64,000 nucleotides of DNA from Macrostomum lignano (taxonomy: Eukaryota), in NCBI GenBank assembly GCA_002269645.1, contig NIVC01001655.1:186001-250000 (forward strand). The letters run 5' to 3'. The notes under the pieces were generated by a model. The model ran no database searches. It saw nothing but the letters and a program-made list of their open reading frames with translations, and had not been told where the DNA came from. Positions 41,556-54,159 of this stretch are shown here, one piece after another. The translations under genes and the position numbers were made by a program. Position 1 is the stretch's first letter, and the number at the start of each line of letters is the position of its first letter.

Positions 41556-44500
41556 CAGTTGTAATAGTATATGTAGTACAACGAAGACACGAACTATTAA
41601 ATAACAATAAAAAAAAATTTTAATAATCTGCATTGCATGATTTTCTACGAGTAGCTACGATTTTCGTACGCTCCTTTTATACAATACTTTTATGCAGACG
41701 CATGCATATGCAGTGACTTGATTTTTGGTACATGTGTGTACTTCTAACACTTAAAACTGATTACAATCACACTGATTAAGACAAATAAAGTATTTCAGGC
41801 ACCGTGGGATCTTTGCAATTGAGATCTGAAATTGATGCAAAAAAATGCGTGAGCTATACTACGTGTATCTATAGGAGGACTCAAGGGGATCAGCTACATA
41901 CGACCTTTCAAAGGGGAAACAGAGGTCTTATTCACTGGAAAAACCACCTGCGGCGCTAAGCTACAATTAAAAATTCGCCTGCAGCGTCAAACTATTACGG
42001 TCTGTGGGATAAGATGGGTTTCGGCCTTTTCGGCTTCTTGGAGAGGAAGCCTTCGGGCCTCAGGTCTCAGAAATAAATCAATTAGAGTCCTGGCCCCCAC
42101 TCCTGTCAGATGGTCAGCCCCATGGTAGCTTGATCTGTGGCGAGCAGTCAGAAGGACAGCGAGAGAGACAAGCAGGGAAATTTTTGAAGGTAGAGATCAG
42201 CTAATCCGCAGATTAACTAACCCGCTGCCACCAGCCCGTGCGTTCTGGCTCACCAAACCGGGACTTTCGAAATCGGGCTTCCGACTAGAGGGGCTTTGCA
42301 CTTACCTGCCAACTAGTGTCTTTTTGCTGTCTATCTCGAAGTCATAGCCGATGATAAGGGACACTGCTGGGACTTATCGCATTGGCTATACAGGTACAGA
42401 GGGGACTTGTGCAGGGGATTCTTGCAGTGGCGAGACTATGGGGTAGCTACATGTACTATTACATTGCTAAATACGAAGAATTGTACTTTTGGCCTTCAAA
42501 GCGCCAACCAGCCTCTCGTAGCGCTGATGATAGACTAACTCGAACTTCGGAGACCGCATGACTCACTACCCGAGCCGCTTGGCTAACCTAGAGTGCACAG
42601 AGTACATCTCTAGCGCCGATTTTGCACTCTTGGCAATTTTGCTAACTGATTTGATAGTTGATCGATTGAGAACTGCCTTGTCATTGGTCCACTGTGACCG
42701 GTGCCTATACTAGCTTAGCTACTCATCTGAGCCATCGGCGAACAAAGAAATAAAACCGATAAAAATAACTGTCAGATAACCTTCTCACTTCTCACTTCAG
42801 ATTGAATTGGATTAATGAGATTACTAGCAGTATTATTGAATGATTTCTGCCTCAATAACAGCACTACTGAACAAAATGAGCAAAAGTGTGCGCCTAATCC
42901 AGCTACTGAAATAGTGGACAGATAAGGAATCACCCAATCAAGCAAGTCTAGGTAGCCTCTCACTCAACCAATCAGAAACTCAACAGCCGGAGACCAGGTA
43001 ATCCACAGTGACCGAATCGGCTTAGTGCTTCGCAGCTGGAGGCCCAGGATGTTGGTGTCACCGTCTTTGCTGATAGCTAGCAGGTGATGATCCTAACCTC
43101 GATGATTGATGCCGTCGACCGGGGGGATTTGTCCTTGATGATGAGGGGGTTGTCGCAATCCGGGGAACAAGAGACGACGGTCGTGACTCCGGAATAGGCC
43201 GAGTCACGGGAGTCCAAAGTACAATAGGTTCCGAGGCGCCAAAAGGAGTGAGTCCGAGCGGGCCAAAAACATCGGTTTATACGCCAACTGGACCGCAATT
43301 AGTTATAATGTAACACTTCGACGCTGATTGGCGGAGCCGATTTGCTATAACTGACGTCGAATTTTCTGATTGGCTGAGCTTGTTGCCACCCAAACTCACG
43401 TGACCAAAAGATCCTATCAGTTCCCTCGGGGCCATAAAAATACGCCAGGTACGTGTCACCATAAATCACTCAAAATCGCTACATAATGATTTACGACTTT
43501 TCGCGTAGGAATTACAGAAATAAATGAGAAAATGTGCATTAGAAAGATCTTATTAAGCAGAAGGTGAAGATGGTGAAGAGAAATCGCTAATCGCTAATCC
43601 CAAAGTACTTTTAGGGGGAAAACGCATAGCTGTCAGAGCTGTCAAACGCTTGAGTAAACACGAACAATAGGCCCTGACCTCATAAATCTGATGGCCTGTC
43701 AAAATAAATGATTGAGAAAAAAGAATTTGAGAAAAAATCCTCTCAGACCATCTGGCGCCAGCCTCAACACTGAGTGAGGCGCAGGTGTCTGTCAGACAAG
43801 CTCACAAGTAATGATTTATGACACCAAAAGTAGCGAAAACCGCCCCTATGTTATAATGACCACAGGTATGGCAAAATGAAATAGTAGGCCTAGTTACAAA
43901 ATCCTACTAGTACGAATTCTAAGAAAATTACATAAAAAGAAGAAAAATGCCCATAGCCTGCTGTTAGCAGGCTACCAAGTTCGGAACCCATGTGCGAGCG
44001 TGAAATTTGGAAAAAAGTGCGTCCTCATCATGTAGCTCGGAACGAAAAAACCTCTAAAATTGACAAATACCCCCTCTTTGTCTTTGCTTAATGTAAGGAA
44101 TTTAACAACACCGAAATTATTGTCTATAAAAAAGCGTGACTTTACAAGAGCGTAACGCCACAACGCCGAATATGATAGCATCGACTATATGAAGTGAAAA
44201 TTCACTCTTGTAGTAAATATAGCAATTAATGAGTAATCCCTTCAGTTGTCAATTTCTTTGTCCTTCAAAAAATATAATAAGTCAAAAAAATGCTTTGAGT
44301 TAAAGTAGAATTTTGTATTTTGCTGTCTAAGCTTTTCTACATGTACGTAGTGTTACTCCTTGAATTTTTTGTTAAGCTTCGTAGTTTGTACGGAAGTTCC
44401 AAGAAAAAAAGCTGGGTGACGGCCATGAGTCGACTACTACTTTAGATATATTAGAAAGTTCGTCTTTTGCAAAGCGCAATTTGTAGACCGTACGTAGGCC

Positions 44501-44819
44501 TAGTTTTAGGGAGTCTTAGGCCTGATTAGTAATTGTAACAGTATATTTTATTTAACAGTGGTTTTTTGTTCAAATAGTATTCGAAATAAACTATTAATCG
44601 ACCAGTTCGAAATTTTGAACAGCAATCGAAAAAAGGACTCGCTCGGACAGTATTTCTTTGGTTTGGTAGGCCTAGGCTTAGTAATGATATGCTTAGGCCT
44701 AGTAATAGGCCTATATTAATAATAATAACTGACTAGCTGGCGTATCCACAATGCTGACACATGTCAAGTGAAGTAGCTGGGGGCCAGGGCAGGGCCAATC
44801 ACCATATTCAATTTTGTCA

Positions 44820-47800
44820 ATGGATGCATCTTCACTTATTACTCAAGTTAAAAAGCCAGAGTCAGGCAATGCTGAAGCCAGTGAAGGAAATTTAGACTGT
44901 TTAGTAGGCCTAAGTGAAGCCAAATCTAAAAATGAACAAATTACAGATATAAGTGTGCCTGAAAATACAGCTACAGAAATACATTCTAAGAATTTTCCAA
45001 ATGACTATAGAAAGAGTGACTGCAAGAAAACTAGGCCTAAGAAACAAAAGTCAAATAAAGAATTTTCTGCTGGTAAGTTTTTTTATTCGAATTTAATTTT
45101 TTGAGCTTAGGTCTTTTTTGTAACTTGATTTAGGCATTATAAAGCTTAAGCCTTAGTTATCGACTTATCGTTGAATAAATAGGCCTATAGACCTAGTTAG
45201 TTTATAAATATTAATAGGCCTATCACTATAGACCATAGGCATAGGCCATAGATTAAAAGAAACTTAATTAAAAGTAGTTAAGCCCCCTAAAGCTTTAGTC
45301 CAAAGACAAAAAAGAATTTATTAAAATATAGTCTTATAGTTAGGCCTACCTATTTAGGATTAGGCCTACCTATTTAGGATTAGGCCTATAGGGCCTAGGC
45401 CCTAGTCATTTTGGTGATAAGACATTTTGGTGACAAACAAGTGACAAGTCATTTTGGTAACAACTATTGTGCTTTCAAGTATAGAATTATATTGCCAATC
45501 TTAATTTAATGAAGCCTAAAATTTCATATTACTAAAATGGTAGGCCTAAAGTGTTTATTTGGGATCAAAATGGCTACACCCATAATGGCCAAAAATTGCC
45601 TTCAAGGATAATACAAGCTCAATTTATTAATCTCCTATGTTTTTAGTGATAATTTTGTATAAATGGTTTTGGAAAAGTATATGCTTGAAAATTGAACTTT
45701 TTTAGAATCTTAACTTCCAAATGTATATATTTTCCAAAATAAATTTATTCTAAAAAACATTTAAAGGATTTGAATATTAATTTCAATAAACAGTGTCTAT
45801 TCAAATTTTATTTACTCATTTTTTATTGCAGCAACAGTGCTATGTCAGTTTAGTATTTTAAAAAAAATGCTTATTCAAGGTTTGCTACCTATCTTTTACC
45901 TTCCCGCTTTTGATTCACTGTTATTCTCTTATCATTGTGACTAAGCTGTATATTCTTGACCTGTTTACCTATACTAATTTCTACTAATCTGCATTGTCTC
46001 TATTCTGAAAGTAACTATAACTGCTGATATGAGTTAGTTTTGATAGAATTATAATTTTATCAGGTGTTTGATAACTTGCTGAATTTTTAATTTAAGTTTC
46101 ATTGAAATTTTCCCTTAGGACACCTCTCTCCCCAACCTGTCTCAGAATTTATCTACCTAATCTTCAATAGACCCCCATGCCTCTATTGAAGTTTAGATAA
46201 ATTCAATCCCCATGAAAACTCTTCCTACCCTAAAACCCCCTATTCCCCATGCCCCAGTTGTTGGTGGTTGTCAGCCCCCCCCCCCTGCAACCTGCCCTAC
46301 CTCCCCTGAGACTCGCCCCCCCCCCTCAGTCTTGGAATTTATCTATCTAATATTCAATAGACCCCCATGCTTCTATTAAAGTTTAGGTATATAAATTCAA
46401 TCCCCATGAAGACTCTTCCTACCCTAAGACCCCCTATTCCCGATGTCTATGAAATAATGAAGCTCAAATTTGAAATTAGCACCATCAAAAACCTATATTG
46501 AGACAAAATTGTGATCCTATCAAAACTGCAACTATTTTATCTACCTAAAGTTCAAGAAGTCCAACTATTTTTGTCATACCACATGGTATTTGACTTTCTA
46601 GTTGGTATTTTTCTGCTTTTAAGCAGAAAATCTGCTTAAAAGCAGAACTCTGCTTTCTGCTTTTCTGCTTAATGCTTTTTTCTTTATTCTTTATTACTGT
46701 TACTGCTTTATGCTCTATTCCTAGTACTGGTCAGTTTGATATTTTTTGTTAATTTAATTTACCAGGCTCGCCCAGCAGCAGCTTTGGCAGCAGGCTTCTA
46801 GCCCAGTTATTCTGCTGTTTCGGCCTGGGTCACGTGCCCGACTATAACTTGGCAAGCAGCGCCGATGAAGAAGTGATTGTGAATCATAGCAAGCTGTTGC
46901 CAGCTGAAGAGGATGAGGCTGCTGATCCCCAGTCTGAGTTAGTGAAGCTGGACATTGAAGAGCAGCCCGAGGACGATCTGTTTGCATTCTCCGATCTTGG
47001 CGGCCTGTTGCCGGCTGAGGTGCCAGACTTCAGTGGCAGAATTTGCGCCGTCATCGACTTGGACGAGACTCTGGTGCACAGCTCGTTTCAGGTTGGCGAT
47101 TGGTCATGCCCGTTTTGGTGACTCACACTGGTACATGTCATGAGTCATGTACACTGTGAATCGCAGGGTGCTGACCCGATTTTTAATTAGTCTTAAAATT
47201 AATAGATTAATATATAATCTATTATAAGCGTATGTACTTAGCAAAACTACTTTCTACTTTCAGTTCAGTAGCAATGATAAATACATAAGCTATTTTATGA
47301 GAATAAAGGCAGCTGAAATGACTTTGATAAGTCTCGAAATCAAGCTTGCAGAGGTAAACAGCTTGCTAGTTATAATGTACATTAGCCAGTCCACTCAAAT
47401 GTACATGGCAGCTTTAGGCTGGACCGCTGGAGCATCTGAAGAAGGTAATAAAAATTGAGTGACGGGGCAGGGGTAGAGGTTTAGTGTAGAGTCTGAGGGT
47501 TTAAGCTTGGCTCTTTATTGGTAAGAGCCAATAGATAAGTCTTGACTTAAAAAATAAATTAAAATGCTTCAGTTTTTCTTACTACTGAACTGAAAGTAGC
47601 TTACACGCACTTGTGCTGAGTGGCCCATCTAGTTCTTCTAGCATCTGGGTTAGGCTTAAGGTCTAAATTCATTTCTCCCGCACACCACTCTTTTGGAAAC
47701 GGATTGGCAGTGCCCAGACGAGCCAGACTTCAGCATCGAAGTGGAAGTGGAAGGCGTGCAGCACCAGATCTACGTGTTGAAGCGGCCATTTGTCGATGAA

Positions 47801-49110
47801 TTTCTTCATCGAGTCGGTCAGCTGTTCGAGTGCGTCCTGTTCACTGCCAGTATGGGAAAGGTGAGAGAAGTCGAAGGCTTTAATTAACTAGATTCCGTTA
47901 GCGTGGCTTTAAATTCTACTTATATAAAAGTACATTTTCTACTTTTAGTACGCCGACCCCGTGTGCGACGCTCTGGATCCGAACGGTTCCATTCATCATC
48001 GACTGTTTCGCGAGGCCTGCGTTTACCATTGCGACAGCTACGTGAAAGATTTGGCCACTCTGGGCAGGCCCGTTGATCGATGCTTCATCATGGACAATTC
48101 GCCAGCCTCCTACATGTTCAATGTGGACAATGCGGTACGTGAACACGAGAGAATCCTCGTTGAAGGGATTTGTGTAGATTGGGTGTAGGGGAATCTTGAG
48201 TGATTTGCGTTCGGAAATTCCCGTGATTTGCGTAGGTAGATAAGGGAATCCCAACTAATTTGCGTAGGAGTGTAGGAAATCCCAAGTGATTTGTTTAGGG
48301 GACATAGGGGAATCCCAAGTGATTTGTGTAGGTGGGCTGCAGGGGAATCCCAAGTGATTTGTGTAGTGGGTGTAGGAGAATCCCAAGTGATTTGCGTAGG
48401 TGGGGTGTAGGGAAATCCCAAGTGATTTATGTAGGCTGATGGAGTAGAATCCCAAGTGATTTGTGTAGGTGGGGTGTAGGGGAATCCCAAGTGATTGTGT
48501 AGGTGTGGTGTAGGGGAATCCCAAGGGATTTGTGTAGGCTGATGGAGGGGAATCCCAAGTGATTTGTGTAGGTGGGATGTAGGGGAATCCCAAGTGATTT
48601 GTGTAGGTGGGGTGTAGGGGAATCCCAAGTGATTGTGTAGGTGTGGTGTAGGGGAATCCCAAGGGATTTGTGTAGGCTGATGGAGGGGAATCCCAAGTGA
48701 TTTGTGTAGGGAGTGTAGGGGAATCCCAGTGATTTGTGTAGGTGGGGTGTAGGGAATCCCAAGTGATTTGTGTAGGTGGGATGTAGGGGAATCCCAAGTG
48801 ATTTGTGTAGGTGGGATGTAGGGGAATCCCAAGTCATTTGTGTAAAGGGGGTGTTCCTTAGGCTAATGCTAAGGGGAACTGCCTTTAATTCCTGTGGTCC
48901 TGCGTCCCTCCGCAGATCCATGTCAACACCTGGACAGGCGAGCCTGATGACACGGAGCTTCGCGATCTGATTCCGTACTTGGATCGTCTGGCCAGTTCCG
49001 ACTCGGTTGCGGAGTTCTTGCGCAACAATCCTTCGCCAACTGGCGCCCCAGTTTCTATGGCCCAATTTGCTGTTGCCATGCGGATGCATTCTTTTTCGAG
49101 TGAATCCTAG
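44820..49110 (+). CDS. CTDSP: CTD small phosphatase (SCP/CTDSP family, FCP1-like HAD phosphatase)
   Basis: Exons 44820-45072, 46766-47091, 47711-47860, 47949-48134 and 48916-49110, with compatible phases. Motifs: [61 protein letters not shown]. Confidence 0.95.
46145..46445. repeat. Direct duplication of ~105 bp (period ~190 bp)
   Basis: GAATTTATCTA.CTAAT.TTCAATAGACCCCCATGC...CCCCCTATTCCC occurs at ~46146 and ~46336. Confidence 0.75.
48190..48845. repeat. ~35-bp minisatellite (TGTAGGGGAATCCCAAGTGATTTGTGTAGGTGGGA)
   Basis: Fills the last CTDSP intron. Confidence 0.95.
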
Positions 49111-49182
49111 CTAGTTATATTTCCCGGTTGTGACTTCACGTGTCAGCTTATCTCCATGCTGTACAGGGTTTTGGGTGTTACA

Positions 49183-49460
49183 AAAGTACATCAAAATGGT
49201 TTGGGGCTCAGCAAAAGTGCATCAAAATGGTTTGGGGCTCAGCAAAAGTGCATCAAAATGGTTTGGGGCTCTGCAAAAAGTACAAAGTGGTTGATTCGCA
49301 GCTAAAGTACATCAAAAGGGGTTGGGGCTCTGCAAAAAGTACAAAGTGGTTGATTCGCAGCTAAAGTACATCAAAATGGTTTGGGGCTCTGCAAAAAGTA
49401 CAAAGTGGTTGATTCGCAGCTAAAGTACATCAAAAGGGTTTGAGGCGCAGCAAAAGTCCA
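49183..49460. repeat. ~30-bp minisatellite (AAAGTACATCAAAATGGTTTGGGGCTC(A/T)GC) with alternating variants
   Basis: Tandem copies just downstream of the CTDSP stop codon. Confidence 0.85.
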
Positions 49461-50438
49461 TGCAACAAATAATATCTTAGTGCACTTAACAACAATCTAC
49501 AATTAATAGTTCATCTTTGAATTAACAGTGTTCTGCATCATCAAAGCAAAGTCTATTATTAGTAAGCTCAAGACCCTGATATAATTTAGTGTTACTAAAA
49601 TCCACCTGTAAGATCACTTCTGTAGAAGAGGAACCAGATTCGAGACAAATATAAATGCCAAAATATTCAGTGCTGCAAATCGCTTTATTAAGTATTTTTT
49701 AAGCTTCATACTTCACTTAGTTTTACATTTTTTACTAATTTGGCCAAGTATTTCAAGTTTTTTTTATAAATATTCATACCACTGAAATAGTATGAGTTAG
49801 GTTAGTAATAAACTGCTTCAAGGGATTAATCATTATGTCGGCCTTGAGTTATAAAATTAGCTATCGCGTCTTCCAGATGTATTCCACTTTGCAAACCCTT
49901 CATTTCTTTGTTTTGAAATTGCGGCTCTATTTTTGTGTAAAATATGTTTCATAAATATTCTATTAACCAAATTTGATGTACCCTAGCTTTCTTCTTTATC
50001 AATGCTCATTAATAAATCTTGTATTTTCTGGCCAGGATCTTTGCTATTTGATAAAGTTTAGACTGAGTTTTGAGTTTGATTGTGTAAATTTTTTGTCAAT
50101 ATATTTAATCTATGTTTTTTGATTGTTTAAGAATTGGAAAAAAAGCAAAAATAATTTGTTGTTTGTTAATATCTTCATCATTATTTACATATAAATAACG
50201 ATAATGTTTAGTGAGACAATCAACAAGGTTCGATTCCCTTGAGCACGCGAATTGGCCTGGGATAGAGTACACGCCTGACGTTTAGAAAGCCAGGGCCGCT
50301 GTACACTCCCTGTTGTGAACTTTCGCCACGGTGCCGACAACTTGTACAACTGTAGTCAGCTGATTTGGGACAAAAAATCTCATAATGTTAGCTTTCGTCT
50401 TTTCTTCAGTCAAAGTGCAACAAAAAGCTTCTAAACAA

Positions 50439-51341
50439 ATGAAAGGCGACCCGGATGTTACCAGCTGCGCCGATGGCGGCGGCAGCTCAGCTAGTGCCCC
50501 GAGAACGCAGCAGAGTTGCCCAGGATGCGACCTGCTGCGACAAGAGAACGGCGTCTTGGCCGCCAAGCTGGAACAGTCCAGGCGTGAGGCGGCCAATTAC
50601 AGCAGCGCGTCCAACGAATTACAGAGCAGAAATCTTCAACTGTCCATGGAAGTTGCGGAGCTGCAGTGCCGTCTGCGCACAGCCCAGCAGCGTCTGTTGA
50701 GCGTCGCCAGCGTAGCCCAGAGCATGGCAACGCAAGGCCAGTTGCTGTCGACGCTGTTGAACGATAGCACGGATTCGCATCGGTCTGACTGTCCGACCTC
50801 GACAGACCAGCAGCAGGTTAGCGGCAGTCGTGGAATAGTTCTAGCTCCAGAGCTTACCGCTAGGGAAGACGTCCTGACCATCAGTGACGACAACAACAAC
50901 ACGGAATATCAGCAGCTGCTGGATGTTGAAATTGTTTCGCCTCCAACTGGCGGATGCTCTTCGGCTAACGCGAACGAGCTGGTTCCGCTGACGCCGGAGT
51001 CGCCGGACATCAAAGTGACTATGAACGCCGCCTCGGACATCAAGTCGCTGCTGGACGCCTATCTGGCCGACCGGGTGGACGCCAATCTTGACAGGCTGGT
51101 CAGGCGCATCATCCGAGCCCTGTTCAGCCCCTACGAGCTGGCGCACACCTCCTGGTCTGGCCGGACTACGGTGAACGGCGCGAATCGACCGGAGGCTGAT
51201 CCGGCTAAAAAGTTGGCTTTGATCAACTTTCTTAGAAATACTGGCGTGCCTTGCGATATTTCTCAGCTCTCCCGCTGCTATCGTTGCATCAGCTGCCTGC
51301 AACGGCGCACAGCTCGAGCTCATGCTAGCAAAGGAAACTAG
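50439..51341 (+). CDS. Intronless coiled-coil plus BEN-domain protein (~300 aa)
   Basis: The ORF is open from 50385, with a likely ATG at 50439 after an acceptor-like tttcttcag at 50409. It has a Cys-x2-Cys and coiled coil, then BEN-like LVRRIIRALFSPYELAHTSWSG...RPEADPAKKLALINFL. AATAAA is at ~51408. Confidence 0.65.
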   Translation: MKGDPDVTSCADGGGSSASAPRTQQSCPGCDLLRQENGVLAAKLEQSRREAANYSSASNELQSRNLQLSMEVAELQCRLRTAQQRLLSVASVAQSMATQGQLLSTLLNDSTDSHRSDCPTSTDQQQVSGSRGIVLAPELTAREDVLTISDDNNNTEYQQLLDVEIVSPPTGGCSSANANELVPLTPESPDIKVTMNAASDIKSLLDAYLADRVDANLDRLVRRIIRALFSPYELAHTSWSGRTTVNGANRPEADPAKKLALINFLRNTGVPCDISQLSRCYRCISCLQRRTARAHASKGN

Positions 51342-51598
51342 ATTTAATATACATTGATGTACTGGAGGGAAATATCTTCAGTTGGTCATATTTCATAGTC
51401 TAGCCGCAATAAAGCGCGACATTGAACACATTTGATTCGTGATTTCAGGTGCTAATCCTGTAAACTTTACACCATAGTTAAAATTAAGTAATTGAGTTTG
51501 AGAATTGGTTTCCAGATTAATCGACGATAAATTGACGATTTAATTTTTCAGGAAGCTTAAAAGACAAGTATTATCAAAGTTCCTTGAAGTATTTTTGG

Positions 51599-51964
51599 GG
51601 GAACCAGTTAATTAGGCGACAGGTTGACTCGGTGACAACCAATTCAGTGACTTTGGCTTTGGCTTCCAAAAAAACGGTATACTCGTCTTAAGTCTGTTGC
51701 TTCATTCGACTGGAAGTGCAAGCAGTAGAAAAAATGCACTCGCTCCGAGTCCGAGACTCCAAGGGGGCGTACACGCACCTCTTTGAAAACGTGTTATTCA
51801 GCATGATTAAAACAAAATTACCTTACTTGAATGGCAAAGACTAGCAATATTTTAAATTTTAACGAGAGTCGTATATAGCTTTCTATATACGACATTATAT
51901 AAACTTCAGTATTCGCCGAATCGACTGTCGCCGAACTGACTTGTCGCCGAATTAACTGGAAGCC
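51599..51964. mobile_element. MITE with GG termini (MULE/Merlin-like), 366 bp
   Basis: TIR GG(GA/CT)(A/T)CCAGTTAATT(A/C)GGCGACA, subterminal TCGCCGAA repeats and 8-bp TSD ATTTTTGG. Confidence 0.75.
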
Positions 51965-52529
51965 ATTTTTGGTATGCTTTACCTTTCGCTTTTTATGATG
52001 TTAAGAGAAAAACATTATTTTCAAAATTTTGCGATAAATTTGATGTTTAATATACTAGTGCTAAAGTTATTTTTTATAGTCGCCACTTCATTATTACAAC
52101 TTCATCATGTTATCCTTGCGTAGAAAGCTTAATTGAGCTGCATTTTGCTTAATAAGAAATTTTTTGCTTTTCTAAAAAGTCACTGCATTCTTTTACTAAA
52201 CATTGCCTTGTAACTTTCAAGCAACTTATGAAACTTTCAACTTTGTGAATTTTTGAAACGAAAGGGCTTCTATTTGTTTTGAAATGCATGTTTTGAAGTA
52301 CAGCTAATACAGCCTAGGGTGTGTGTGTGCGTTTGAGTTTCTTTTACGTTTTCCGAATCGTAATTCTTGTTATTTATTTATAGCTCGAAGCTTAATAGAA
52401 AAAAATATTGCAATAATTACAGGGCTGTGGGGGGGGGCAGCGCTGATGGCGATCCTGCCCAACTTCCGCTGACTCCTGTGCACATGCACAATGTGAGAAT
52501 CGATTGGTCTTTTAAAACTTTGCTTGTCT

Positions 52530-52740
52530 GCTTGTCCTTTATAGTCTATGGCTCAAAGACTAGGCTGGACGCAGCTAGGCCCTTCGTATTCAGCGTAGGC
52601 AGGATTCTCACTTTGGATGGCTTTTTATCACTTTGCTTGTCCTTTATTGTCTATGGCCCATAGACTAAGGCTGCACGCAGCCAGGCCCTTCGCAGTCAGC
52701 GTAGGCAGGATTCTCACTTTGGATGGCTTTATTCTCAGTT
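52530..52740. repeat. ~108-bp tandem duplication upstream of EcKL copy 1
   Basis: GACTAGGCTG.ACGCAGC.AGGCCCTTCG.A.TCAGCGTAGGCAGGATTCTCACTTTGGATGGCTTT occurs twice. Confidence 0.8.
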
Positions 52741-53013
52741 AGGCTGACAAAACCAATAGTTTTATATTGATATTATAAACCGATATTAATAGATGCGTAC
52801 GCTCCGTTAAGCAGACACCAGACTCCTAGGATTTGGTGATATCTAATTGTGTAAAATTTAAATTTATCGCCATCATCAAGCACATTGTTGAGTGAAAAAA
52901 AATGCAGTTTGGATAAATTCAATTCAATTACAAAAGAAAAATATTTGGGTCAATTTGACTTTCAGAAATTTTCACTGACCCTCTTACAGACGTGTTGGCA
53001 GCATCCAGAGAAT

Positions 53014-54159
53014 ATGGATTACAAAGAAATTTTAATCCGCCTGTTCAATCTTAACATTGATAACAATGAGTCCACAGACAGCATCGAAGAGGTTGGCGGC
53101 GAGATGACGGGAGACACCGGATTCCTCAGCTTCAGGCGAAGGCTCAAGATTAAGAAAGGTGATTCGATGAAGCGCGTTTTTCTTAAATTTAACGATACAA
53201 GCCGAACAGACCTCGGTGACCTGAAGCAGCTCAGTGAGGTGGCCAATGCTCGCGAGTGCCTGTTCTACGGCACCTTCGCACCCTTGCTGGAGCGGACTGC
53301 CTCTCAGATGGGCTTGGGAAGCGTCGGCCTGCCCACCGTCCACCTGGAGATGGTGCTGCCCACAGGAACTCTCATTGTGATGGAGGATCTCGGCGAGGCT
53401 GGCTTCGAGCTGGCTCCAGCTAAAATGAACGTCGCTGAAGCTCGCTGCGTGCTGAGCAGTCTGGCTCGAGTCCAGGCAGCGTTCTTGCTGACGAAAGCTC
53501 GACTGGGCAGTCCGGCTTCGGGTCTGTTCGGACCGCAGTCGCCTCTGTCCGGCGGTTTCAAATCGACTGATGTTGCTGGTTTCGACTTTGCCGAAATGCT
53601 GCCTGGCTGCTTTGAAGCGTTTGTTCGCGAGTTTCCAAAGTATTTGAAGTGCGAGAAGCGTGTGGCCGCAATTAATTCGTACCTTAATGACGACTTTGTT
53701 GCTAAAGCTCAGAGGTACATGAAGACGAATGTGACAGAGAAGGAGGGGATCGGGGTGACACACTGCGATCTTTGGTACAACAACTGCATGCTGAGTAGGG
53801 ACTCTAGCGGGCATCCGGTGGCGTGTCGCATTATTGACTGGCAAGTTTTTGGCATCGGCTCCCTAGCTCACGATTTCGGGCTGCTGTGGCTGTCGAGTAT
53901 CGATAACTCCATCGTTATTGAGCAGTTTTTTCCATTCGTGAAATATTATTATGACACTATCCGGCGGTTTTTTGGCGACTCAAGTGTTCAAGTCGACGAG
54001 TTTCCGGTCTCTCTAGAGCGAATGAAACAGCTAGCCGTCGAGTCGGTGCTGGATGCCATCATCATGACTGTTGTATCGGTTGAAATTCTGCCTGCAATTG
54101 CCAAACCAGACAACTGGCTAGCAAATATGGCTGACTTGATCCAGTGCTTCAAGTTATAA
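53014..54159 (+). CDS. Ecdysteroid kinase-like (EcKL/CHK, APH-like small-molecule kinase) copy 1
   Basis: Intronless 381-aa ORF from MDYKEIL, with motifs RECLFY, IVMEDL..GF, LARVQA, THCDLWYNNCM and IIDWQ. An acceptor-like cttacag lies at 52989 in the 5' UTR. Confidence 0.85.
   Translation: MDYKEILIRLFNLNIDNNESTDSIEEVGGEMTGDTGFLSFRRRLKIKKGDSMKRVFLKFNDTSRTDLGDLKQLSEVANARECLFYGTFAPLLERTASQMGLGSVGLPTVHLEMVLPTGTLIVMEDLGEAGFELAPAKMNVAEARCVLSSLARVQAAFLLTKARLGSPASGLFGPQSPLSGGFKSTDVAGFDFAEMLPGCFEAFVREFPKYLKCEKRVAAINSYLNDDFVAKAQRYMKTNVTEKEGIGVTHCDLWYNNCMLSRDSSGHPVACRIIDWQVFGIGSLAHDFGLLWLSSIDNSIVIEQFFPFVKYYYDTIRRFFGDSSVQVDEFPVSLERMKQLAVESVLDAIIMTVVSVEILPAIAKPDNWLANMADLIQCFKL

Noticed and set aside
41730-43830. 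LTR-like, CCAAT-rich region and a weak inverted repeat at 43453/43823
   Set aside because: Boundaries and TSDs could not be established and there is no coding remnant.
48110-49089. Minus-strand repetitive ORFs ([14 protein letters not shown]...)
   Set aside because: They are translations of the 35-bp intronic minisatellite antisense to CTDSP. The same applies to the ORFs at 15950-16295 and 18786-19124.
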